A stretch of 63,426 nt of DNA, counting the filler. It is 8 parts of 8 records of this genome, joined end to end, with 100 filler letters (N's around TTAATTAATTAA, not from the genome) between each part and the next. Parts side by side here need not be neighbours in the genome. Positions count along the whole stretch, not along the records: positions 19,071 to 24,798 come from SRR31156797_37038; positions 24,899 to 31,920 come from SRR31156797_37075; 6 more parts are not named here. One strand, 5' to 3'. Below the pieces are notes generated by a model. The model saw only the letters and a list, made by a program, of their open reading frames with translations. It had not been told where the DNA came from and searched no databases. Each line of letters opens with the position of its first letter. Position 1 is the first letter of the stretch. A program made the translations under genes and the position numbers. Shown here in pieces: positions 20,547 through 31,894 of this stretch.

Positions 20547-21965
20547 ATGTGGACCAAAAACCTCTCTATTCTTTTTATCCTCTTATCTATTTCAACTTTA
20601 AAAAATTTCGCTACAATTTACCGTGTTGGAAGCACAAAAAACTTTAAAACACCCAACGAACTTTACAATGCAAATGTTATTCAGGAAAATGATACTATTG
20701 AAATTGACGCTGAGGAATTTCGAGGACAAGCAACACTTGCAGTTTGGAATCCCAATAATTTGTTGATTCGCGGAGTTAACGGACGCCCTCACCTTTTAGC
20801 CGATGGTGAATATATTATGGGAAAAGGCATTTGGGTGTTTGGTGGTAATAATATTAGGGTTGAAAATATTGAATTTTCGGGAGCAAAAGTTCCCGATAAA
20901 AATGGTGCAGGCATTCGGTTAGACGGTACTGGAATGACTGTACGTAATTGTTATTTTCATGATAATGAAGACGGTATTTTAACCTCAAATCCATACGACG
21001 GACATATTCTGATTGAATACTCGGAATTTGCCCACAACGGCTACGAAAACGGATATTCACATAATTTATATGTTGGCCATGTCGATTCGCTTACCTTCCG
21101 GTTTAACAATACACACCATGCAAAGGTTGGGCATGCAATAAAATCGAGGGCACAAAATAATTTTATTTTATACAACCGGATAATGGATGAAGAAGATGGT
21201 TATTCAAGCCGGTTAATAGATTTGCCAAATGGTGGGTTAGCCATTATTATGGGAAACCTGATAATGCAGGGAATTAACGGAATCAATAGTAATATGGTTG
21301 GCTACGGACCAGAAGGGCTCGAAAATGACGCCCCGCATGAGTTGTATGTAATTAACAATACTTTTGTAAATAAACGAATACAATCGTGCCTGTTTATTAG
21401 CATTAAAGAGGGCACTTCAATCGCAAACATTTCAAATAATATTTTTACCGGTGGTGGTACAATTTATAGTGGAACAGCAACAACTGTGCAAAATAATCTG
21501 GTTGAAAATACAATTGAAAATGTTTGGTTTAATGATGAAAATAATTTCGATTATTCAATTTTATTAAATTCTATGGCAATTGATTCAGGAACTGAAATAA
21601 GCCCGGTTCACAGTTTTTCATTAACTCCCGACTTTATTTATAAACATCCGACAAGTAAGGAACAACGAAATAATATTAATACAATAGATATTGGTGCGTA
21701 TGAACACTTATACATAATGAATTCAAAAACTCTCAATCGAAATGAATGGAATGTTTACCCGAATCCAACCACAGGTAAAATAACCCTTCAAAATGGTATT
21801 GAAGAAATACGGAAAGTATCGGTTTTCGACATTGCAGGGAATTTAATATTGGTTAAAACAAATACAAAAAGTATCGATTTAACAAAACTGAATTCAGGCA
21901 TTTATATTTTAAAAACAGAACAAAAGAATAGTAAAATTTTGCAGCATCGAATAGTGCGACTTTAG
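20547..21965 (+). CDS. Right-handed beta-helix protein with T9SS type A C-terminal sorting domain
   Basis: Signal peptide, pectin-lyase-like repeats (NGAGIR, FHDNEDGIL, HNLY, KSRA), DIGAYE, CTD VYPNP...LNSGIYIL...IV. Confidence 0.85.
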   Translation: MWTKNLSILFILLSISTLKNFATIYRVGSTKNFKTPNELYNANVIQENDTIEIDAEEFRGQATLAVWNPNNLLIRGVNGRPHLLADGEYIMGKGIWVFGGNNIRVENIEFSGAKVPDKNGAGIRLDGTGMTVRNCYFHDNEDGILTSNPYDGHILIEYSEFAHNGYENGYSHNLYVGHVDSLTFRFNNTHHAKVGHAIKSRAQNNFILYNRIMDEEDGYSSRLIDLPNGGLAIIMGNLIMQGINGINSNMVGYGPEGLENDAPHELYVINNTFVNKRIQSCLFISIKEGTSIANISNNIFTGGGTIYSGTATTVQNNLVENTIENVWFNDENNFDYSILLNSMAIDSGTEISPVHSFSLTPDFIYKHPTSKEQRNNINTIDIGAYEHLYIMNSKTLNRNEWNVYPNPTTGKITLQNGIEEIRKVSVFDIAGNLILVKTNTKSIDLTKLNSGIYILKTEQKNSKILQHRIVRL

Positions 21966-22021
21966 ATAACGGCAATTCTAAATTCAGGCTAAATAAGCAT
22001 TTTTTATTAACGCATTAAAAA

Positions 22022-22642
22022 TTATTGTTTTTCCAGTTTTACATTATAAAAATCGGCTTTGTTTAATTGTTCCTTAGCAACCGGTTTAAAAAAAACTCCA
22101 ACTACAACGGTATCCTGCAAATCTAAAATATCAGTTCCGTATAATTTTAACTCATCTCCCTTCGACGAAATTTTATAATACACAGTATCTTTTTTTCGTT
22201 CCAGTGATAAAAAATCAGTTTCGTCATTACATAAACAATTTTTCATTGCAGTTCCATACCCAATAGTTACACCCCTTCTAAACATTCTGGAAATTGTAGA
22301 ATCTTTTATACCAATTTCGCCAAAAACTGAATTTTGATCGGTTGTGTTCCGAATCATTATTCCAATTCTGTTTTGCGAAAAATCACTGTCATTTGGTTTA
22401 ATATTTGTCGAAAATGTAAAATCTCCAACTGCTTTTTTATAAACAAAATAATAGTCTCCGGTTTTTTCAGCACTTTTCAAATCAGGTGCAGTTATTTCAA
22501 TTTTATTTGTCTTTTCATTGAAATCGAAAAATGAATTGTTTTTTACCGCACCAATTTTTATACCGGTATACTCTTGCGAAAAAACAGAATAAGGCAGCAC
22601 TATAACCAAAAACAGGATAAATATATATGCTAATTTTTTCAT
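22022..22642 (-). CDS. Secreted concanavalin A-like (DUF1349-like) protein
   Basis: Signal peptide. YFVYKK..GDF, GIMIR, LERK.DT...S. Confidence 0.55.
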   Translation of the reverse strand: MKKLAYIFILFLVIVLPYSVFSQEYTGIKIGAVKNNSFFDFNEKTNKIEITAPDLKSAEKTGDYYFVYKKAVGDFTFSTNIKPNDSDFSQNRIGIMIRNTTDQNSVFGEIGIKDSTISRMFRRGVTIGYGTAMKNCLCNDETDFLSLERKKDTVYYKISSKGDELKLYGTDILDLQDTVVVGVFFKPVAKEQLNKADFYNVKLEKQ

Positions 22643-22721
22643 TTTTTATAGAAAAATAAATGATGTTAATAGATTCAAATCCATGTTCATCTTAAAATAA
22701 ACCATTAAATCGTGAATTGGT

Positions 22722-23720
22722 TTATAACGATTCTCTTAGTTTTAACGATGCCGGAAGTATTTTTTCTATCCTTTTTTTATTCTTTACAAAATCGGCAGCA
22801 CTTTTTCCCATCTCTTCAAAATCGACTGAAATTACTGTAATTCCACCTCCTACAATTTCTTTCATTGGTGTATCGTTGTAAGAAATTACGCCAACATCTT
22901 TTCCCAGATTAAGATTCTTTTTTCGGCATTCTTTAATCACATCTACCAAATCGGCTTCACGTATTACAAAATATGCCTGCCCTTTTTTTATCGAAGCTTT
23001 TTTGAAACGCGATATTTTGGTATATTTCAGCCTATATTTTTTACAAATCTTTTTTACTGCCAACACTGTTTCCGAAGGATGTGGCGTACTCTTCTCTTCA
23101 TAAATTAATACTAATTCATTGTATTTTTTTAGTTTCTCAAATCCCTCTTCCAAACAGTTTTCTACCGATTCATTAAAATCTTGTGTAAGAAAATTCATTT
23201 TCCCGGCAACAGGTTTCCCCATGTCGAGAATTAAAAGCTTATTGGGATCAATTTTTTCCAAAATTGAATCGATTCCGGTATGATCCATATTCATAACCAC
23301 GTACATACTGTAACGCCCTAAACTGTTTTGAATTAACTGATGAAAAACCTCTGGGTTATAATGATGAAACATTAAATCGACAGAATATGATTCAGGCAAG
23401 TTTGTACGGAATGATTGGTATAACTGTTCTTTAAACGCACTAAAATCGTCGAGTAACATAAAAACTTTAAACGATTCGTTAGCCACATAATACCCTTTTG
23501 TTGGTGCCGATTCTACAATGCTTCTTTTTTTAAGAACATTGTATGCTTTAAAAACGGTATCGCGCGAAAAGCCACTTTCAGAACTCAACTTATTAACCGA
23601 TGGAAGCGAATCACCAACTTTTAGTTTGCCGGTACTTATAGCTTCTGTTACAGAATGTACAAGTTGCTGAACTTTGGTTTGTCCTTCGGCAAAATCAATA
23701 TTTATTTGAAATTTCCTCAA
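22722..23720 (-). CDS. GntR-family regulator with sugar-binding domain (FucR/AraR-like)
   Basis: wHTH GDSLPSVN..SRDTVFKAY..L, C-terminal GVISYNDTP..ITVIS. Directly downstream of fucI. Confidence 0.88.
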   Translation of the reverse strand: MRKFQINIDFAEGQTKVQQLVHSVTEAISTGKLKVGDSLPSVNKLSSESGFSRDTVFKAYNVLKKRSIVESAPTKGYYVANESFKVFMLLDDFSAFKEQLYQSFRTNLPESYSVDLMFHHYNPEVFHQLIQNSLGRYSMYVVMNMDHTGIDSILEKIDPNKLLILDMGKPVAGKMNFLTQDFNESVENCLEEGFEKLKKYNELVLIYEEKSTPHPSETVLAVKKICKKYRLKYTKISRFKKASIKKGQAYFVIREADLVDVIKECRKKNLNLGKDVGVISYNDTPMKEIVGGGITVISVDFEEMGKSAADFVKNKKRIEKILPASLKLRESL

Positions 23721-23766
23721 TGTAATCTATTAAAATGTTACCCGATAAAACCGGGTAACTATACAT

Positions 23767-24798
23767 TTACTTATAAAGTGGTCCAAAATTCTCGCATGCC
23801 TTATAATCAGAACTTTCTTTTTCCTGACCAAAAGCTGCCCATGCACTTGGCCTGAAAATATCTTCTTCATAGACATTATGCATACAAACCGGAATTCGCA
23901 ACATAGATGCAAGTGTAATTAAATCGGCTCCAATATGGCCATAGCTAATTGCCCCATGATTAGCTCCCCAATTTGCCATTACCGAATATACATCTTTAAA
24001 CGCTCCTTTTCCTGTTAATTTTGGCACAAACCAGGTGGTTGGCCATGTAGGATTTGTACGTTTATCGAGAATTGCATGTACATCATCTTCCAGTTCAATG
24101 GTGAATCCTTCAGCAATTTGAAGAACCGGCCCCTGTCCTTTTACCAAATTTATTCGCGACATGGTTACCGGCATTTCACCCGCAGTTTTAAACTGGCTCG
24201 AAAAGCCGCCGCCTCTGAAATATTCACGTTCTGCCGGGCAAAAACGTGTATTTTCAAGGCATTGTTTTTTATCTGTTTCTGTAATCTCCCAGAAAGGTTT
24301 CATTACCGGATTTCCATTTTCATCTTTCTGCTGTGCTGTGGCATCCATTGTTGTTGAACCCGAATTTATTAAATGAATAATCCCGTTTTTTGCCAATCCG
24401 GTTAATTCTTTTCCGCTAACTCTTTTTATTGCTTCCGGACTCCAATATGTTCTAACATCGGAAAAAATTTGAGCCGTGTTTGTCAGTAAGTGCCCAAATA
24501 ACATTGGAACTGCATTTAAACTATCGTTTTCAGTAGCAAAGACAAATGCCTCTCTAATTCCGTTCCAGTCGAATGAAGAATTTAAAATTGTTTCCGAAAA
24601 ATCGCCATTCGGGTAATAATCAGTCCACTGACGTTGCCCCTGAAAACCACCGGCAATAGCATTTCTACCTAATGACTCTTCACCAAAACCAGCTTCTTTT
24701 AATTTTGGGTTTCCTATCATCAAATCGCGGAAAATCAATGTCATTTTAACGACAATTTCCCACTCCCAATCTTTTCTTTTTCGATCTACTTTTTTCGA
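23767..24798 (-). CDS. fucI: L-fucose isomerase, 5'-truncated
   Basis: [40 protein letters not shown]. Frame open to the gap. Confidence 0.95.
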   Translation of the reverse strand, partial: SKKVDRKRKDWEWEIVVKMTLIFRDLMIGNPKLKEAGFGEESLGRNAIAGGFQGQRQWTDYYPNGDFSETILNSSFDWNGIREAFVFATENDSLNAVPMLFGHLLTNTAQIFSDVRTYWSPEAIKRVSGKELTGLAKNGIIHLINSGSTTMDATAQQKDENGNPVMKPFWEITETDKKQCLENTRFCPAEREYFRGGGFSSQFKTAGEMPVTMSRINLVKGQGPVLQIAEGFTIELEDDVHAILDKRTNPTWPTTWFVPKLTGKGAFKDVYSVMANWGANHGAISYGHIGADLITLASMLRIPVCMHNVYEEDIFRPSAWAAFGQEKESSDYKACENFGPLYK

Positions 24799-24898
24799 NN
24801 NNNNNNNNNNNNNNNNNNNNNNNNNNNNNNNNNNNNNNNNNNTTAATTAATTAANNNNNNNNNNNNNNNNNNNNNNNNNNNNNNNNNNNNNNNNNNNN
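24799..24898. other. Artificial contig spacer
   Basis: 44 N + TTAATTAATTAA + 44 N. Confidence 0.99.
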
Positions 24899-25131
24899 AT
24901 AAAAATATTTCTTTTGTTTTTATAAAAAAAAGGATTATAAAAAAAGAACTGCTTCAAAAATGGTATTTTTTTTGTTTTCTCTTGCTTTTTTTTATTTATT
25001 TGATTTCGTCCAAGAAAATGATCTATAAGTGTATGCCTTACAAACGGCCACATTATTATATCATCACAACTAAAACAAAAATTTTCTATTGGAAATTGTT
25101 CTTCAACTTTTAAGAAATCTTTTAATTCCAT
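24899..25131 (-). CDS. Hypothetical polysaccharide-locus protein, 3'-truncated
   Basis: MELKDFLKVE..WPFVR after RBS GAGGA, follows GT4 gene. Confidence 0.5.
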
Positions 25132-25170
25132 TTTTCCTCTTTCCAAATTATATACAATAAAATTAGAAAA

Positions 25171-26337
25171 TTATCTTTTTTCACAGTCACCTGAAATTAA
25201 TTTATTATATATTTCCTCAATATTTATTACTACTTTAGTTTTACTAAAATTCTCTCCAATAAAACCACTAATCTTATCCGAATTATATTTATTATAGTTT
25301 TTCATCATCTCTTCTATTCCATCTGCCAAAGCAATAGGATTATCTTTTTCAACTATTATCCCATTAAACTCCCTAATATATGTTGATGGACCTCCACAAT
25401 TAGTTGAAACCACAGGTTTTCCACAAGCCATTGCTTCAGCACCGGTCATACCAAAAGTTTCAAATTGACTGGCTATTACCAAAGCATCAGAATTATTTAT
25501 ATAAGTAGGTAGCTGAGAATACTCAACCTGTCCATGAAAACTAACATTATTTTTCAAACCTAAATTCTCTGAAAATTGTTTCCATTTATCTATATCAGTA
25601 CTTTTCCCCAGTATATTTAATTTTATATTATTTAATTTTCTTTTAATCACAAGCTCTTCCATAGCTTTTAACAAAGTATCTATCCCTTTTAATTTAATTA
25701 ATCTACCAATACTAATTAAATTAAAATTATTCGTTTTGTCTTTTTTTTCTGGTATAAATAGATCTGTATTTACTATATTAGGGATAGTTATAACATTTTT
25801 TCTATACTTTTTAACTTTGTTTTTTAAGAAGTCACTTACAGTCATATATTCTTTTGCATTCTTCAATATTAATTTTGTATATTCTGGATACTGTTCAATA
25901 AACCTAGTTTCAAAAAAACTAGCATGTTCAGTAACCACAAAAGGAATATCGTATTTTTGACTTATTAAATAAGCTGCATATCCAGCAGGATAAGTTACAT
26001 GAGCGTGAATTATCTCAGGTTTTCCCCATTTCTCAATAACTTCCTCGAAAGATTCTAGTACTTTTTTTTCATACCTGTTTGTATATTTAGTTTTATCTTT
26101 TGAAAATAACTTTAAAAATCTATGTTTAAAATGAGTCAAATTATCTTTTTTTTCTACAGATTTACCTAAAACTTTTAATAATTTCAAAGGCTTACTCAAA
26201 GAAAAAAGCTGCATATCAAGTATTGCAATATCTAATTTTTTATTCTCAGCTAAAGCTTCAACTTGTTGTTTAATGAAAATACCATTAATATTATTTAATT
26301 TATTCGGATACCATGATGGTATCATCAGTACTTTCAT
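25171..26337 (-). CDS. Glycosyltransferase family 4
   Basis: IPSWYP, IIHAH, TEH, IPN.V, GRL..LKG, ETFG..GAEAMACGKPVV. Confidence 0.92.
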   Translation of the reverse strand: MKVLMIPSWYPNKLNNINGIFIKQQVEALAENKKLDIAILDMQLFSLSKPLKLLKVLGKSVEKKDNLTHFKHRFLKLFSKDKTKYTNRYEKKVLESFEEVIEKWGKPEIIHAHVTYPAGYAAYLISQKYDIPFVVTEHASFFETRFIEQYPEYTKLILKNAKEYMTVSDFLKNKVKKYRKNVITIPNIVNTDLFIPEKKDKTNNFNLISIGRLIKLKGIDTLLKAMEELVIKRKLNNIKLNILGKSTDIDKWKQFSENLGLKNNVSFHGQVEYSQLPTYINNSDALVIASQFETFGMTGAEAMACGKPVVSTNCGGPSTYIREFNGIIVEKDNPIALADGIEEMMKNYNKYNSDKISGFIGENFSKTKVVINIEEIYNKLISGDCEKR

Positions 26338-26356
26338 GACTTCTCCCATTATTACA

Positions 26357-27109
26357 TTATTTTTCCATATTTATTTTCAATAACTTCACATAAATTACAA
26401 ATACATAAAACATTGAAAAAACTGATAAAACAAAACCTTCAACTCCATCTAAAAATCCCAATTTTACAATATACATTTTTATAAACTTGAATAATGGTCT
26501 ACTTAATATATCAAATACAGTTGCTCTTTTTCCTTTTTTATGTCTTCTAAGTGCACCCTCTGATGTATATCTATTAAATTTATCAAAATAATCTTCCACA
26601 GTATTATAAGTATAATGCAATAATGTCTCAGTTATTTTCCCTTTAGGTTTATCCGTCATGAATGTCTCATGAATAGGAACATTATCAAACTCTCCTGTAT
26701 TTTTTCTAAATAACCTTACAACATAATCATTACTCCAACCACCATGTTTAATTTTTTTACCAAATATGACAGAGCATCTATTTACTTCATACACTTCATA
26801 GTCTGTATTTTTACTATATATAATTTTTTTAATCTTCTCTTTTAAATCATTAGTTACAACCTCATCAGCGTCAATTAAAAGCACCCATTCTCCCTGGCAC
26901 TTTTCGATTACAGAGTTTTTTTGTCCTCCATAACCTTTCCACTCTTCAGGAAAAAACTTCACACCATAGTTTAAAGCTATCTCTTTAGTTTTATCCGTGC
27001 TAAAACTATCTGATATTACTATCTCATCAGCAATATCTTTTACCGCTTCAAGTGTTCGTCCTAAATTTTCCTCTTCATTAAAAGTAATCAATCCTACAGA
27101 AAGTTTCAT
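26357..27109 (-). CDS. Glycosyltransferase family 2 (KdtX/WaaE-like LPS core)
   Basis: ITFNEE, DSFSTD.T, IDADE, RLF, IHE, GFLDG..G. Confidence 0.9.
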   Translation of the reverse strand: MKLSVGLITFNEEENLGRTLEAVKDIADEIVISDSFSTDKTKEIALNYGVKFFPEEWKGYGGQKNSVIEKCQGEWVLLIDADEVVTNDLKEKIKKIIYSKNTDYEVYEVNRCSVIFGKKIKHGGWSNDYVVRLFRKNTGEFDNVPIHETFMTDKPKGKITETLLHYTYNTVEDYFDKFNRYTSEGALRRHKKGKRATVFDILSRPLFKFIKMYIVKLGFLDGVEGFVLSVFSMFYVFVIYVKLLKINMEK

Positions 27110-28857
27110 TATCCTTCACCATTTTCTGCAACTTTAAATTGTGTATCATAAAGTTTTTTATATATTCCATTTAACGCAAGAAGTTCTTCATTTGTTCCAC
27201 ACTCTTTTAACTCTCCATCTTCCATCACTATAATTCTATCAGCGTGTAGAATTGTCGAAAGTCTATGTGCTATAACAAAACTTGTTCTTTGTTCCATCAA
27301 TCTATCAAGTGCTTCCTGTACTATTTTTTCTGATTCAGTATCTAGAGCACTTGTTGCTTCATCTAAAATAAGAATTTTTGGATCTTCTAATATAGCTCTT
27401 GCAATAGCCAGTCTTTGCTTCTGACCACCACTAAGCCTTACTCCTCGTTCTCCTATTTCAGTTTCAAAACCTTCCGGTAGCTCTTTTATGAATTCATAAG
27501 CATTAGCCTGTTTCGCTGCATTCATCACTTCATCATCACTAGCATGTTGTTTTCCATATTTTAAGTTTTCTTTTACAGTTCCGGAAAACAGAAAAGTATC
27601 TTGAGGAACTATTCCTATATTTTTTCTCAATGATTCAAATTTCAAGTCTTTTATATCTACACCATCAATAGAGATTTTTCCACTGTTTATATCATAAAAT
27701 CTAGGTATCAATCTCACTAAAGTTGATTTACCACTTCCACTTTTCCCTACTAGAGCAATCATTTCGCCAGGATTTACAGATAAGTTAAAGTTTTTAATCG
27801 TTTCCTCATTATCATTATATGAAAAATCAACGGCTTCAAAACTTACTTCTCCCGTAACACTTTTCATAATTCTTGCATCATCTTTTTCAACTAAATTTGA
27901 TTTTAGATTAAGTATTTCATAAACTCTGTCCAGTGCTGCCATATCAGATTGAAGATTATTATTTAATTTAGTTAGTTGAATAATTGGGTTATATATTAGC
28001 CCTAATCCTGTTAAAAATGCCATTAATTCTCCGGCACTCATCTTACCACTAACAACAAGTGAACCTCCATAGTAAATCATTGCAACCATTACCAAAGTAT
28101 TAAAGAATTCCACAATTGGTCTTATTCTGGCATCTATTTTTTTCTTTTTAAAGTTAACTTTAAAGTTTTTTTGATTTTCATGCTGGAACTTCTCCATTTC
28201 AAATTTTTCATTTGCAAATGATTTTATGACATTAATTCCAGTAATTGCCTCTTGAAGTATATTATTAAATCTTCCTAAACTCTCCTGAATCTCTTTACCT
28301 GTTTTTCTTAGTCTTTTAACATATTTTTTTATAATCCAACCACTAAATGGTATCACTACAAAACATATTATAGCTAGTTTGTAATTTAACGTTATTAATC
28401 TAATTAACAACACTAAAATTGTTAAAACCTGAGTAATAATTCTAAAACAGTTTTGAATTACCATTCTTGTTTTAGGAATATCAGAGTTAAATCTTGTCAT
28501 TACGTCTCCGGTTTTTGCTGCTGCAAAAAACTCATGAGATTGTGCTAATAGATTTTCATAAAGATCAGTCCTAATATTTTTAATAATATTACCTGAAATA
28601 TAACTTTCAACGTACACTCTATAATAAAGCCCTAGCCCTTTGATAAACATTATCCCAAAAAGAGCTACACTTATCATCATCAACATAGTTATATCTTTTT
28701 CAATAAGTACATTGTCTATTAAATACTGTGCTAACCACATCGGAGCCGCTTCTGTTAATGAGATTAACGATGCTAACACCATTCCAACTACTGATAGAAG
28801 TAAGAATGGTTTTATATATCTAAAATACTGATCAAAATATTTTCTAATTTTTGTCAT
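27109..28857 (-). CDS. msbA: MsbA-like ABC exporter (TMD + NBD)
   Basis: Six-TM N-terminus, GKSGSGKST, LSGGQKQR, ILDEATSALD, AHRLST. Sits in an LPS locus. Confidence 0.75.
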   Translation of the reverse strand: MTKIRKYFDQYFRYIKPFLLLSVVGMVLASLISLTEAAPMWLAQYLIDNVLIEKDITMLMMISVALFGIMFIKGLGLYYRVYVESYISGNIIKNIRTDLYENLLAQSHEFFAAAKTGDVMTRFNSDIPKTRMVIQNCFRIITQVLTILVLLIRLITLNYKLAIICFVVIPFSGWIIKKYVKRLRKTGKEIQESLGRFNNILQEAITGINVIKSFANEKFEMEKFQHENQKNFKVNFKKKKIDARIRPIVEFFNTLVMVAMIYYGGSLVVSGKMSAGELMAFLTGLGLIYNPIIQLTKLNNNLQSDMAALDRVYEILNLKSNLVEKDDARIMKSVTGEVSFEAVDFSYNDNEETIKNFNLSVNPGEMIALVGKSGSGKSTLVRLIPRFYDINSGKISIDGVDIKDLKFESLRKNIGIVPQDTFLFSGTVKENLKYGKQHASDDEVMNAAKQANAYEFIKELPEGFETEIGERGVRLSGGQKQRLAIARAILEDPKILILDEATSALDTESEKIVQEALDRLMEQRTSFVIAHRLSTILHADRIIVMEDGELKECGTNEELLALNGIYKKLYDTQFKVAENGEG

Positions 28858-29695
28858 TTATTTTCCCTTCCTGTATCTCGATTTCATCAACAATGGGCAT
28901 TTTCCTTTTATTTAACCAAGGCTTTGACTGCTTAAGAGTGGTTTTGTTTATTTTTTCTAACTCTTTTTTACCATAATTTAGTTCACTTAAGATTTTAAGT
29001 ATAATATAGTCTCTGTCTTGATAAGTAAATATTCCCCTCATCTCTCTATTAACTGTTTTTACCAAAGTAAAGTTTAAAAAAGCAATTGAATTTACATATT
29101 TAGTTTTACTAAAGAGAGATGGAAAATAGAATTTTCTAATACTATCAATGTCCATTACTACTAACTCATTATTTTTAACCCCAAAGTTCCAAAACGTGGG
29201 ATCTTTATGATGAAAATCACTTTTCAAAATACTTAAATATGTTTCAATAAATTTATCCAGTAATTCTTTTTTATCATCAGCCTCTTTTAATACATCCATA
29301 AAGTTTTCAACTATAAACTCTCTTGAAATTATTATACTATCAGCGATCAATTTAAAATTAGTTTTATCTTCCATTAAAGCAAAATACTCAAATGCTTTAA
29401 TTCCCAACTTTTTTAAGTGACATGCCATATAATAACTTCTCTCACCCGGAGTTGAAAAAAAGTTCGCACCAACTTTATATGAATTATTAAAAAACTTTTT
29501 TAAATAAAATATTTCATCTTTTACTTGAATTTTATATATTTTTCTCTTCTTAACTTCTTTTATGATATTTTCTTTTATATCGTTCGTTAGATATTTATGT
29601 AGTTCATTTAAAATTTCTTTATCCAGATTTTTATCCAGACTTTCAATTTTTTTTTCTTTATAATATCTCTTCAAATTGTTTGAATATGGTTTCAT
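28844..29695 (-). CDS. LPS kinase (Kdo/WaaP/InaA family)
   Basis: YLKKF, HKDPTFWNF (catalytic loop), MDIDSIR. Confidence 0.7.
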   Translation of the reverse strand: MKPYSNNLKRYYKEKKIESLDKNLDKEILNELHKYLTNDIKENIIKEVKKRKIYKIQVKDEIFYLKKFFNNSYKVGANFFSTPGERSYYMACHLKKLGIKAFEYFALMEDKTNFKLIADSIIISREFIVENFMDVLKEADDKKELLDKFIETYLSILKSDFHHKDPTFWNFGVKNNELVVMDIDSIRKFYFPSLFSKTKYVNSIAFLNFTLVKTVNREMRGIFTYQDRDYIILKILSELNYGKKELEKINKTTLKQSKPWLNKRKMPIVDEIEIQEGKINDKN

Positions 29696-30743
29696 TTCTA
29701 TAATTATCCTTTACAGTTTGATAAGCGCATTCACTCATCTTTTTACGTATTTCTGTATCCAATATCAATTTTTCTGTCTTTTCAAAAAAAGAATCGATAT
29801 TCTCGAATTCAGCTAAATAACCGTTTTCCCCGTCTAAAACTAACTCTGGCATACTACTAATATCAAATGCTATCATTGGTTTTTTTGCCATTCCTGCTTC
29901 AACTAAAGTATTTGCACTTCCTTCAAATTTAGATGGAAAAAGAAATATATCCACCGATTCAAATAAATCTTTTATATTACTTTTAAAACCTGCTAAAATA
30001 ATCTCTTTGTCCAAGTTATATTTTGATATCTCTTTTTTTATTGCATCTTCCAACGGACCTTTTCCTGCTATTATAAGTTTAAACTTATAATTTTTATCTT
30101 TTAATTTTTTAGCAATTTTAATTAAAAACAGCTGATTTTTTTGATCAACTAGCCTTCCTGCATTTCCTAGGACTATTTCATCATTTGTTTTCTCATATAT
30201 CTTATTAAATTCTCTCGCTTCGTACTCTTCTATATCTACTCCGTTATATAAAACATGAAGTTTACTCTCATCTATTAACTCTTTATTATTTTTTATTATT
30301 GATTTTTTTATCTCTTTTGAATTTGCAATAACTCCCGTTACTAGCTTTCCAAAAATAAATCTATTTAAGAAAGTATTCTTAATTGGATGAGGCATCCCTC
30401 TTCTATAGAGTATTTTCTCTACTCCGGCAAGTTTTGAAGCTATTCCTCCTATTTTCACATCAGAAGGCAAATTCATAATAACAGTCTTTATTTGGTTTTT
30501 TCTTAAAAACTTTACTAATTTTATTATCTTCAAAACATTAAGAAAACTTAAATTTCCAACCTCAACCTCTTTTATTTTAATTTTATCTTTATTAACTTTT
30601 TCAAATAGTTCACTATTTTTATTTGTTATCATAAATACATTATAATTGTTTTCTGATAAATATCTTGAAGCTTTATAATGCCATTTTTCCCCTCCGCCCC
30701 ATTTTTTTGTTGTATTGAAAAAACAGACATTTTTTTTCTTCAT
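29658..30743 (-). CDS. Glycosyltransferase family 4
   Basis: WGGGEK, IANS, YNGVD, GRLVDQK, EG..NTLVEA. Confidence 0.92.
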   Translation of the reverse strand: MKKKNVCFFNTTKKWGGGEKWHYKASRYLSENNYNVFMITNKNSELFEKVNKDKIKIKEVEVGNLSFLNVLKIIKLVKFLRKNQIKTVIMNLPSDVKIGGIASKLAGVEKILYRRGMPHPIKNTFLNRFIFGKLVTGVIANSKEIKKSIIKNNKELIDESKLHVLYNGVDIEEYEAREFNKIYEKTNDEIVLGNAGRLVDQKNQLFLIKIAKKLKDKNYKFKLIIAGKGPLEDAIKKEISKYNLDKEIILAGFKSNIKDLFESVDIFLFPSKFEGSANTLVEAGMAKKPMIAFDISSMPELVLDGENGYLAEFENIDSFFEKTEKLILDTEIRKKMSECAYQTVKDNYRNETIFKQFEEIL

Positions 30744-30911
30744 CTCTACTCCTATATTTAAATAAAATTATCCTATTTTAATCTTTATATTAATTCCATT
30801 GAATTATAGCAGATTTTATACCTTTTTTCAATTAATATAAGCTTTTAACTTGAGAAATAAAAAGGGCAAACTAAAAAGTGACACAAAATCATCTTTTTAG
30901 CTTGCCTATAT

Positions 30912-31664
30912 TTATCTTTTATTTATTTTCATAATATAACTTAAAAATAAGCCGGTAAAATACATTAAAAAGCCTGCCCAAATTACATCACTTAAGAAGT
31001 GACCTCCTTGAATATTTCTACCAATTCCCATTAACAAGCCATAAATTACACCACCGTATAACCATTTTTTTCCTTGACTCTTTTTTCTATATAAAAAATA
31101 TGGAAACATCATGAAAAAACCAACAGATGCATGTCCGGCAGGAAAAGAGTTATATTTTCCCTTTAATTTATATAAATTTCTAAGTTTATCCCATCCTACA
31201 GCGCCTTGTTGAGCTTCTACCATTTTCTGAGCTTTTGAACTTAAAACTAGTTTTCCTTTTTTCGCAGGAGGAATATACTCAGCCTCTCCACCAAACTCTA
31301 TTATTTGTCTTGGTCTTGGTCTTCCCCAATACTCTTTTAGTACTGCATTAATAACAATTCCTGAACCGATTAAAAGAAATAAAAACAGATATAGTCCTGT
31401 TTTTCTATATTGCTTAGCTCCAGAGACGAAAAATCCTAATATATATAATATCAGACCTCCTAAAGCAGAGATAATAGCCGGTACAGGTCCAAAATCATAT
31501 AATAATTCAAATATTTTTGCATTTTTCAGAAACCATTCTCCATCTTTATAAAAAAACTCTTGCCAAATAATATCAATATTCCAAATATAAAATGGAATTG
31601 TCAGTATAATTAAACAAAGTAATGGTAATAGTATTTCTTTAACTTTGCTCTCTCTTTGTCTCAT
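30912..31664 (-). CDS. PAP2-family membrane phosphatase (possible lipid A phosphatase)
   Basis: K..WGRPRP, SFPAGH, R..QGGHFLSD. Confidence 0.85.
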   Translation of the reverse strand: MRQRESKVKEILLPLLCLIILTIPFYIWNIDIIWQEFFYKDGEWFLKNAKIFELLYDFGPVPAIISALGGLILYILGFFVSGAKQYRKTGLYLFLFLLIGSGIVINAVLKEYWGRPRPRQIIEFGGEAEYIPPAKKGKLVLSSKAQKMVEAQQGAVGWDKLRNLYKLKGKYNSFPAGHASVGFFMMFPYFLYRKKSQGKKWLYGGVIYGLLMGIGRNIQGGHFLSDVIWAGFLMYFTGLFLSYIMKINKR

Positions 31665-31802
31665 TACTCCCCCTTGTTAAAGTTCAAAAATAGAAATTTT
31701 ATACAAATTAATAACATAATATTTTACATAATATAAAGAATTATAACAAATATCATCACTTTTTTCAATTATTAATAATTTGTCATCTCAAAAATATCAA
31801 AT

Positions 31803-31836
31803 AAAAAAAAGAAAACCCGAATCAAGCGATTCGGGT
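31803..31836 (-). terminator. Intrinsic terminator downstream of tRNA
   Basis: Minus strand ACCCGAATC-GCTT-GATTCGGGT then TTTCTTTTTTTT. Confidence 0.7.
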
Positions 31837-31894
31837 GAAAATTTAACACATAGACTTAAAGGGGGTATAAGTTCTATATGGTTCTATTAAAAGT

